Positions 56,822 to 64,000 of a stretch of DNA of 64,000 bases are shown one piece after another (the stretch's first letter is position 1; each line of letters opens with the position of its first letter). This DNA is from Thermoleophilia bacterium. GTDB taxonomy: Bacteria > Actinomycetota > Thermoleophilia > BMS3ABIN01. The translations under genes were made by a program, and so were the position numbers. The stretch is taken from positions 3,158 to 67,157 of the forward strand of contig JACWAD010000094.1 of assembly GCA_014874175.1 (NCBI GenBank), given 5' to 3'. Under the pieces are notes generated by a model. That model saw nothing but the letters and a program-made list of their open reading frames with translations, was not told where the DNA came from and searched no databases.

Positions 56822-57211
56822 TTAATAAGCTCCCGGTGCAAGGATCAGAATGCCTTCAATGGTTTTGCCAAACACTAGCCCGAAATGAGTGACATCGCCC
56901 GTGAGCAAATGAGTTGCGCTGGCGCTGATTGCTGCCTGTAGAATCGGGACGTCTCCAGCCGGCAGGCCGTATGATTTCGAGCGGGTTCCCGCTGGCGGCG
57001 CCGCGACAATCTCCATGCGCCGGAGGAGTTTTTCCAGTCTCTCCGGCTGCCGCGGCTGCGTCAGGTTCCGCCGGGCCTCTTCGGCGGCATACGCGGAAGT
57101 GATCAACCGGGTCTTGCGTTCGCGGGAAAGTATCCAAAGCCGCTTCAGTCCACATTCGGGCTTGTACGCTGCAGAGAACAGGACGTTGGCGTCGAGGAAG
57201 AGGCGGTCCAA
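56822..57211 (-). CDS. vapC: PIN-domain protein (VapC-like toxin)
   Basis: 129 aa; MDRLFLDANVLFSAA (N-terminal Asp), PIN fold. Confidence 0.7.
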   Translation of the reverse strand: MDRLFLDANVLFSAAYKPECGLKRLWILSRERKTRLITSAYAAEEARRNLTQPRQPERLEKLLRRMEIVAAPPAGTRSKSYGLPAGDVPILQAAISASATHLLTGDVTHFGLVFGKTIEGILILAPGAY

Positions 57212-57234
57212 GCCGTTTCCAATCCAGGGCGAAC

Positions 57235-57603
57235 CTAGGCGCGGCCCGGAGGAAGGTGCTGGATGCGGTCGGGGTCGAGCCCCATTTTTTCGACCTCCTT
57301 GCGGGCGAGCTGGTAATCCTCTTCGTCGACGGCGTTACTCAGCAGGAATTCCGCCTGACGCTCGTCACCGTATATTTCAACGGGCATGGCGACAGCCGGC
57401 CGGATAAGAACGCCATCCTCACGCTCTTCCTCGATAATCAGGGAGCCTTCATCGAGGCCGAAGCGGCGCCGGAGCGAGGCGGCGATGACTACTGTGCCCC
57501 GCTTGCCTATTTTGCCGGTTTCCCGGATAAGCGAAGCCCCGGATGGCCTGCTATCGCTGTTCGGATATCTGTTCTTCACCTGAAAATTTCCGATGATCGG
57601 CAA
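57235..57603 (-). CDS. vapB: AbrB/SpoVT-domain antitoxin-like protein (VapB-like)
   Basis: 122 aa; GKRGTVVIAASLRRRFGLDEGSLIIEEE swapped-hairpin motif; upstream of the PIN gene. Confidence 0.6.
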   Translation of the reverse strand: MPIIGNFQVKNRYPNSDSRPSGASLIRETGKIGKRGTVVIAASLRRRFGLDEGSLIIEEEREDGVLIRPAVAMPVEIYGDERQAEFLLSNAVDEEDYQLARKEVEKMGLDPDRIQHLPPGRA

Positions 57604-57648
57604 TTGCTTTTTACTGCTTGAAATTACAGAATATCTGATTTTCAGATT

Positions 57649-58506
57649 TTATTCAATATATTTCCCGATAATGTCTTTCAGCTTCTCTTTCGTCTCCGCC
57701 GGGATCGCTTCCGGCGCCGTCATCACTCCGTACTGCATGGCGCTGGGGCAGCCGCATTCGCCCCGCCTCTCGGAGATGCGCGGCACCGCTGTCTCGACTA
57801 TTTTCTTGGCCATGGCCACGTTTTTGTTCATTGTCTCGATCACCTGGGTGATGGTCACGTCCTCCTCGCCTTCGTACCAGCAGTCATAATCGGTGGCAAG
57901 CGCCATTGTGGCAAAGCAGATCTCGGCCTCGCGGGCCAGCTTGGCTTCCTGCAGGTTTGTCATGCCGATCACGTCCACGCCCCAGCTGCGGTAAAGACGG
58001 GATTCGGCCCGGGTGGAGAATTGCGGCCCTTCCATGCACAGGTAAGTGCCGCCCTCGTGGATGGTGGCGCCGGCGGCCCGGCCTGCCTGGGCCAGCAGCG
58101 GGGACAGATCAGGGCAGACGGGGTCGGCGAAAGCGACATGGGCGACGCAGCCCTCGCCGAAAAAGGTGGAGCGGCGCTGACGGGTGCGGTCAATGAACTG
58201 GTCCGGGATGACGATGTCACCCGGTTTAATATTCTCTTTCATGCTGCCCACAGCGCTAACCGAGATGATCCATTCCACTCCCAGCTGCTTCATCGTCAGG
58301 ATATTGGCCTGGAAGGGCAAGTCTGTTGGCATGACCCGGTGCCCCTTGCCATGCCTTGGCAGGAAGCAGACCTCGCGTCCGCCGATCTTGCCAATGGCGA
58401 TGGCGTCACTCGGGTCGCCAAAAGGGGTGCTAACGCGCTCTTCCTGCGGATTTTCCAGCAGCTCGTAGAAGCCCGAGCCGCCAATAACTCCAATTCTTCC
58501 AGCCAT
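57649..58506 (-). CDS. mtnP: S-methyl-5'-thioadenosine phosphorylase
   Basis: MAGRIGVIGGSGFYEL... with GAGGAG SD at the ATG at 58506. The track ORF extends to 58824 through a non-homologous region. Confidence 0.85.
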   Translation of the reverse strand: MAGRIGVIGGSGFYELLENPQEERVSTPFGDPSDAIAIGKIGGREVCFLPRHGKGHRVMPTDLPFQANILTMKQLGVEWIISVSAVGSMKENIKPGDIVIPDQFIDRTRQRRSTFFGEGCVAHVAFADPVCPDLSPLLAQAGRAAGATIHEGGTYLCMEGPQFSTRAESRLYRSWGVDVIGMTNLQEAKLAREAEICFATMALATDYDCWYEGEEDVTITQVIETMNKNVAMAKKIVETAVPRISERRGECGCPSAMQYGVMTAPEAIPAETKEKLKDIIGKYIE

Positions 58507-58840
58507 GAAAGCTCCTCGATCCGGGTAGGTCAGGCAAGGAAAAAGTATTATATCACCAGGGAAAGGAAACGAGGAGTAATCTGACTTGGCCGCGAGATAT
58601 AGGTGACGCGCCTCGGCGCCGGAGAAAGCGTCCACGATTTCATCGCCGGCTGGCCGGATGAATCGGCCGGGCGGGCCTGGGGCCATCCTGTTGATATAAT
58701 ATTTAACGCGGGTAAAATGTATATCTCCGATGACTCGGGCGGTTCGATATACAAGGTGAGAAGGATGGCGCCCGAATTTGGAGCATATAATAACTATCTC
58801 AAAAAGGTTTTTTAAATTGATCATACAACTGGCTCAGGTC

Positions 58841-58965
58841 CACTCATGATTGTCATTCCGAGCGGAGCGAGGAATCTGCTTTTATCGGAAAAGCAGATCC
58901 TTACGTCGCGCTTCGCGCTCCTCAGAGCCTGCCCTGAGCATTGCGAAGGGATGACAATACCTGAA
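58841..58965. repeat. palindromic intergenic repeat, family copy C (most complete copy, with terminal inverted repeats)
   Basis: ATTGTCATTCCGAGCGGAGCGAGGAATCTGCTTTTATCGGAAAAGCAGAT...GCGCTTCGCGC...CTCAG..CTGAG..CATTGCGAAGGGATGACAAT. Ends are mutual reverse complements (TGTCATTCC/GGGATGACA) and there are several internal hairpins. Confidence 0.6.
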
Positions 58966-59032
58966 TGAATTGTATGATCAGTTTTATTAAATAGTAACTT
59001 TGACAAATATCTTAAGGGACGCAGGGAGCAAA

Positions 59033-59515
59033 ATGAGCGATGATAACAAACCAGGGCAAAGAGAGCCGGAGGGCTCAGAGCCGGAGGATATTCCCGGCAT
59101 GTCCGAGGAGGAGCTGCGCCAAAAAATCGAGGAGCAGATCCGCAAGCAATCGGTAGCGGATGTCCTGGTGCAGTTTATGGCAAGCCTCAGCAACCTTGCC
59201 TACATGAAAATGGGCTTGACGGAAGACACGAAAGATATCAAGGATATCGAGCAGGCCCGTTTGGCGGTTGACGGCTTCAAGGCGCTGCTCGATGCTGCCG
59301 CCGGCCGGCTGGCCGAGCAGGACAAAAACGCGCTAGCCGGCGCTCTGGCCAGCATGCAGCTGACGTTTGTCAAACAGTTTCCGGCAGGAGAAAATAAGCC
59401 CGAGGAAGAGCCGGCGCGGGACGGAAAGGCTCCTTCCGGGGAGAAAAAGCAAAAGAAAAAGGAACCTTCCCAGGCAGATCGCACGCCCGCGAAGGAAGAA
59501 GAGAAGCAGCACTGA
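59033..59515 (+). CDS. hypothetical acidic protein
   Basis: ATG at 59033 with GGGAG SD (track TTG start at 59000); MSDDNKPGQREPEGSEPEDIPGMSEEELRQKIEEQIRKQ... Confidence 0.45.
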   Translation: MSDDNKPGQREPEGSEPEDIPGMSEEELRQKIEEQIRKQSVADVLVQFMASLSNLAYMKMGLTEDTKDIKDIEQARLAVDGFKALLDAAAGRLAEQDKNALAGALASMQLTFVKQFPAGENKPEEEPARDGKAPSGEKKQKKKEPSQADRTPAKEEEKQH

Positions 59516-59700
59516 TGGCGGAGCCGCTTGACCGGGAGCTTCCCGTTCTTCCGGCGGAAGCGTGCAGATATCTTTTTAAGGACAAGGCCAAGTACCGGAC
59601 CGCCCGCGAGATCTGGCTTTGCGTCAAAGACGAGCGTTTCTCCGAGGTATCGCGCCAGAAAGGAAAAAAGTGCATGCGGGGGAAGTGGTGCAGCCGCTAG
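59512..59700 (+). CDS. small Cys-containing hypothetical protein (61 aa)
   Basis: ATGA overlap with the upstream stop; 4 Cys (C16, C36, C53, C59). Confidence 0.3.
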   Translation: MMAEPLDRELPVLPAEACRYLFKDKAKYRTAREIWLCVKDERFSEVSRQKGKKCMRGKWCSR

Positions 59701-59732
59701 CCAGGCGGACAAAATTCTGACAGGGGGCCGAC

Positions 59733-60206
59733 ATGGGCAACAAGATCCTGATTCCCGTTGATGGGTCGCAGGCGGCGCTGGACGCGGCCCGGTTCGCAGT
59801 CCGGCTGGCAGCCGTCCTGGATCTGGAGCCAGTGGCGCTTAGGGTTGTTGACGTTGACCGTTACGCTTCCGAATTTGAGGCAGTGCGCGACACTGTCGCC
59901 GCTGAGCTGGAGCGGGGCGCGAAAAAAATCCTGGCGGAAGTGGAGACGATGGCGGCGGCGACTGGCGTTTCAATCGAGACGCTGGTCCGGCACGGCGATT
60001 CCTCGCGGGAGATCATCCGTTTTGCCCGGGATACGCCCGCGGTGGTGCTTATTGTTATCGGCGCTAGCGGCAGGCGCCGCCTGGGGCGGCAGATGATCGG
60101 CAGCACTGCCGACCGCGTTGTCCGCCAGGCAGCCAGGGATCTTCCCTGTCCGGTGGTTGTTGTGCCCAGCCGGGCCGACCAGCCGGAGGCCAGGCTGGAC
60201 CTGTAA
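59733..60206 (+). CDS. universal stress protein UspA
   Basis: 157 aa; KILIPVDGS...GSTADRVVRQA..CPVVVV. Confidence 0.85.
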   Translation: MGNKILIPVDGSQAALDAARFAVRLAAVLDLEPVALRVVDVDRYASEFEAVRDTVAAELERGAKKILAEVETMAAATGVSIETLVRHGDSSREIIRFARDTPAVVLIVIGASGRRRLGRQMIGSTADRVVRQAARDLPCPVVVVPSRADQPEARLDL

Positions 60207-60226
60207 CGCGCCAGACGCCCGGTCAA

Positions 60227-60252
60227 AAGCGATTAAGCGGCTCCGGCCGCTT
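60227..60252 (+). terminator. rho-independent terminator after the usp gene
   Basis: AAGCGGC-TCCG-GCCGCTT followed by TTCTT. Confidence 0.5.
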
Positions 60253-60295
60253 TTCTTGAAAGGTTGTCCTGGCAGGCTCTTCGTTGCCAGACCGA

Positions 60296-60325
60296 GCGAA
60301 AAAAGCGGCCCTCTCCTGAGAGGGT
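60296..60325 (-). terminator. rho-independent terminator after the RR-HD-GYP gene
   Basis: Minus-strand sense CCCTCTC-AGG-AGAGGG followed by CCGCTTTTTTC. Confidence 0.5.
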
Positions 60326-60351
60326 TTGCTAAGTGCCTATCCCGGCAGGCG

Positions 60352-61365
60352 CTAAGCTTCGCCGGCATGGAAATCAGTCTGTTTGCGCGCCTTTTCCTCG
60401 TCGTCGATCATCGCTGCAAATTCGCTGACAATGCCGGGATCCCATTGCCTGCCGGCCTCGCGCTCAAGGGTGTTTAAGGCCTGGCTTTGCGACATCGGCG
60501 GCCGGTATGGCCGCGGCGAGGTCATGGCGTCATAGGCGTCCACGACCGAGATTATCCTCGCTTCGACCGGAATCTCGTTGCCAACCAGGTGATCGGGATA
60601 GCCTTTGCCGTCGTAGCGCTCCTGATGATAGCGGATCACCGTCAGGAGCAGATTGGCGGACCTTAGCGGCCTGACAATTTTCTCGCCGATAGCGGGGTGA
60701 TCCTGGACCGCGATCAACTCCTTTGTTGACAGGGGGCCCCGCTTTTGCAGGATCGATTCGCTGATGCCGATCTTGCCGATGTCGTGAAGAATGCCGGCAT
60801 CGCGGATGACATCCTGCTGCTCCCGGGACAGGCCCAGCCTTTTTGCCAACCTGACCCCGTAACCGGAGACGCGCTCGGAATGACCGCGCGTGTAGGGATC
60901 GCTGGCTTCGATTGCCAGGGCGAGGGTGTAAATTACGTCCCGGGCGCTTTCCAGATCTTCATTTAAATGCTTTGTCCTTAGCAGGGATTTTACCCTTATC
61001 AAAAGCTCCATCTTGTCAATGGGCTTGGAAAGGAACTCGTCTGCCCCTGCCTCGAACCCTTTCACCTTGTCATCAATTTCCCGAAGCGCCGTAAGCAGCA
61101 TGACGGGGATGCGGCGCGTTTCCTCCCCGGCCTTTATCTTGCGGCAGGCCTGGTAGCCGTTGACGCCGGGCATCATCACATCTAGGATGATCAGGTCGGG
61201 AAGGCCGGTGCCGGAGTCCCTGCCGTCCAGAATCTCCAGTGCTTCGGCGCCGCTGTAGGCGCAAATGACCTTGTAGCCGGCGCCTGCGAGGTATGCCTCC
61301 AGCAGCTGCACATTGGGCACGTTATCGTCAACTGTTAATATCTTGTCCTGATGGTTGGTCGTCAT
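60352..61365 (-). CDS. response regulator with HD-GYP c-di-GMP phosphodiesterase domain (RpfG-like)
   Basis: 337 aa; REC domain (phospho-acceptor D in ...LIILDVMMP...); HD-GYP motifs HDIGK, GKGYP. Confidence 0.85.
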   Translation of the reverse strand: MTTNHQDKILTVDDNVPNVQLLEAYLAGAGYKVICAYSGAEALEILDGRDSGTGLPDLIILDVMMPGVNGYQACRKIKAGEETRRIPVMLLTALREIDDKVKGFEAGADEFLSKPIDKMELLIRVKSLLRTKHLNEDLESARDVIYTLALAIEASDPYTRGHSERVSGYGVRLAKRLGLSREQQDVIRDAGILHDIGKIGISESILQKRGPLSTKELIAVQDHPAIGEKIVRPLRSANLLLTVIRYHQERYDGKGYPDHLVGNEIPVEARIISVVDAYDAMTSPRPYRPPMSQSQALNTLEREAGRQWDPGIVSEFAAMIDDEEKARKQTDFHAGEA

Positions 61366-61368
61366 ATC

Positions 61369-63339
61369 CTAGTCCACGGCCCCGGCTTCGCGAGGGCGTT
61401 TCTGCCGCGCCTCATAGAGCAGGCGGCTTTCCAGGCGGCAGAGCAACTGCTCTTTTGACACCGGCTTGACAAAGTAGTCAAAGGCCCCCAGCTCCAGGCC
61501 GCGGCTGCTTCTCTCCAGTATTGAAACAATGATTACCGGAATGACGCTGGTGTCAGGATCGGCCTTAAGCTGCCTAAGCGCCTGCCAGCCGTCCACGCGG
61601 GGAAGCAGAATGTCGAGCGTGATTGCATAAGGCTTCAACTCACGGGCCAGCTTGAGCGCCTGCTCGCCGTCAAAAGCGCGCGCAACCCGGAAGCCTGCTT
61701 CACCAAGCCAGAGGCCGATAAGCTCACTTGTCTGAAGGTCATCTTCGGCGACCAGCACCAGTGGCTGGCCGGGAGTATCCTCCGCCCCCACCTCCGGCTT
61801 GAGGACACCGGCAGCCGGGGGCTGGTCGGATGCCCGCCGCCTGCCCGGGGTTAGCGGCAGCGTGAAAGCAAACCGGCTTCCCTGGCCCGGTTTGCTTTCA
61901 ACACGGATGGTGCCGCCGTGCAGCTCTACCAGCTTTTTTGTCAGCGCCAGCCCTACTCCTGTTCCCTCAAAGTGGCGGGCATGGTCACTTTCCAACTGCT
62001 TGAACTCGATGAATATTTTTTTCTGGTCTTCAGGACTGATGCCGATGCCGGAATCCGAGACCCAGAACTCAACCATGCCGCCCAGGGCTTGGGCGCCAAT
62101 AGTTACCCGGCCCCCTTCCGGCGTAAATTTAATGGCGTTGCTGACAAGATTATACAGGATGCGCTTGACCTTGGCGGCATCGGCCTGCACCAGCGGCAGC
62201 CTCTCGGACGCTTTTACCGCGAGCCAGATGCTCCGCTGGGCCGCAAACGGGTGCCCCAGCTTGCGCACATCCTCCATCAGCTGGGGGACGGAGAGATCTT
62301 CCTTGACCAGCTCGGGGTTGTCGGAGCCAACTGCCGCCAGGTCAAGAATATCGTTGACCAATTGCAATAAATGAAGGCCGCTGGTCTCGATATTGGTCAG
62401 AAATTTCTGCTGGTCTTCCTGGCCGGCTCCTGCCTTCTCCTTCAGCAGCTCGGAAAAGCCGATGATGGCGTTAAGCGGCGTGCGCAGCTCATGGCTCATT
62501 ACCGACAGGAATTCGGATTTCAACCGGTTGGCCTCCAGCAGGTTCAGGTTGACCTGCCGCAAGTCCTGTTGCGATTCTTCCAGGCTGTCCGCCATTTTGT
62601 TAAAGCTGGCCGCCAGGCCGCCGATCTCGTCGCGGGACCTTACGTTAACGCGCCGGCTAAGGTCGCCGCTGGACATTTTGCCGATGGTCCCGACCACCTT
62701 CTTCAGCGGCTTGATGACGGTCATATGAAGCGAGATCCCCAAAACCAGCAGCAGCGCCGCCAGTCCAGGCACGAAAAATCCGACCATTCTGAAAACGTTG
62801 CTTCTGATCGCCTCCTGCACGTCCGCCATTGATGTCGAAACCAGGACGGCACCGCGCAGTGGATTGCCGGAGCCGTGGCACTTCTGGCAGGCGGCCTGGT
62901 TGGGCAGCGGCGTCACGTTTACCAGGTACTGCTGGCCGCCGCGCTCCTCATAAAACTGGGAGCGGGAGCCGGAGCCAAGCACATCAAGGACCTGCCGGGG
63001 CGGCAGGCCGGCAGCGGCGTCGGAGCCGGCAAAAACTTCCTTGCCCTGGGTTGAGAAAATCTGGATGCGGTCCACTGCCAGGGCGCGCCTCAGGTTCTCA
63101 AGGTCGCTGGTCATGCCGGGGCCTTTGCCTCCCAGCATGGTGTTCTGGATGGCGCTGACCACCTGCGAGCTGAGGCTGGCGGTATGCTCTTCCTTTTGGA
63201 TTGTCAGATCGTTGGCGTGGGCGGTGATATCAAGGATGGCAAAGATTACGGAGCCAATTACGATTAAGGTCATCGTCAGGCCCAGAATTTTGACCTCCAG
63301 GCTTTCCCGGAACCTGCTGATGAAACCAAAAAGTTTCAT
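61369..63339 (-). CDS. hybrid sensor histidine kinase (periplasmic sensor + HAMP + HisKA + HATPase + C-terminal REC)
   Basis: 656 aa; H-box SHELRTPLN; G-boxes; C-terminal receiver with conserved Asp. Confidence 0.85.
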   Translation of the reverse strand: MKLFGFISRFRESLEVKILGLTMTLIVIGSVIFAILDITAHANDLTIQKEEHTASLSSQVVSAIQNTMLGGKGPGMTSDLENLRRALAVDRIQIFSTQGKEVFAGSDAAAGLPPRQVLDVLGSGSRSQFYEERGGQQYLVNVTPLPNQAACQKCHGSGNPLRGAVLVSTSMADVQEAIRSNVFRMVGFFVPGLAALLLVLGISLHMTVIKPLKKVVGTIGKMSSGDLSRRVNVRSRDEIGGLAASFNKMADSLEESQQDLRQVNLNLLEANRLKSEFLSVMSHELRTPLNAIIGFSELLKEKAGAGQEDQQKFLTNIETSGLHLLQLVNDILDLAAVGSDNPELVKEDLSVPQLMEDVRKLGHPFAAQRSIWLAVKASERLPLVQADAAKVKRILYNLVSNAIKFTPEGGRVTIGAQALGGMVEFWVSDSGIGISPEDQKKIFIEFKQLESDHARHFEGTGVGLALTKKLVELHGGTIRVESKPGQGSRFAFTLPLTPGRRRASDQPPAAGVLKPEVGAEDTPGQPLVLVAEDDLQTSELIGLWLGEAGFRVARAFDGEQALKLARELKPYAITLDILLPRVDGWQALRQLKADPDTSVIPVIIVSILERSSRGLELGAFDYFVKPVSKEQLLCRLESRLLYEARQKRPREAGAVD

Positions 63340-63692
63340 TTATAGTTATAGCTCATCGGCAACCGGGACCGCGGGAAGAGAGTCGGGACAGGCCCGCCGC
63401 GGCTGGTGGGGGCCCGGTAATCATCTTGGGAAAGTTTAACTGCGGTTGCCATAGCTTCACGCCAATTGGAGGATAAAAACTTCACAATCAGCAGAATTGC
63501 AGGCTTGATTTTGCCACTCCAGAGTGACATGTTAAGCTTTGTCACTTGAAGGACAAGCAAAGTATAGCATACGGCAGGCGATCCCTCAGGGCGGAAGCCC
63601 CGGGATTTTAATAAAAAAATTTCCGAGCGCCTGTTTCTAAGGCCTGCAGACATCAACCCGGCGCCCGTTTCATGTCCCAGATCGGCGGGTAA

Positions 63693-64000
<308 letters not shown>

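Overview
This is a 64 kb window of a high-GC (~60-65%) bacterial chromosome with the gene content of an anaerobe. It is densely coding: I count about 65 CDS, one tRNA-Phe, no rRNA, no CRISPR array and no obvious transposase or integrase.

Main content, start to end:
- A minus-strand etfB-etfA-fixC operon (fixC runs off the window start).
- A small redox island: STAS antagonist, ferredoxin, cupredoxin, a selenocysteine-containing glutaredoxin fused to a thioredoxin reductase, then adenine deaminase.
- A sigma-54 two-component system (sensor kinase plus NtrC-type regulator). Downstream of it sits a sigma-54 promoter driving a USP-like gene and two tandem membrane proteins that combine a GspE/MshE N-terminal-like domain with reiterated DUF202-type repeats.
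- An MFS transporter, a tandem universal stress protein (USP), a ClC channel, a stand-alone AICAR transformylase, a secreted rhodanese followed by a small Cys-containing peptide, and a DJ-1/PfpI protein.
- ackA and xfp (phosphoketolase) side by side, then a low-GC PAP2 gene abutting tRNA-Phe.
- A GAF-GGDEF cyclase, an aldehyde dehydrogenase, an FAH-family hydrolase, a lipoprotein, two ferritin/rubrerythrin-like proteins and rmuC.
- A long minus-strand nuo (complex I) operon, nuoA-B-C-D-H...J-K-L-M-N. The expected nuoI is split by a ~4.2 kb in-frame cassette encoding a NuoE/F-like NADH module and a 2Fe-2S/GltD-like NAD(P)H flavoprotein module. A degenerate low-GC four-helix-bundle gene is inserted between nuoL and nuoM.
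- After the nuo operon: a CPBP protease, stomatin(SPFH)-NfeD, an ABC-2 exporter, a PfkB kinase, a vapBC-like pair, MTA phosphorylase, a USP, a response regulator with HD-GYP domain, a hybrid histidine kinase, and the 5' end of ligA.

Sequence-level oddities that the gene calls do not explain:
- A three-copy ~90-125 bp palindromic repeat family in intergenic DNA.
- A recurrent AACGTT-centred GTTTCAC/GTGAAAC motif at intercistronic sites.
- GAAAC-heptamer spacers inside operons.
- A ~30 nt element shared by two unrelated promoters.

All calls rest on reading the six-frame translations and the DNA by eye. No database search was run.
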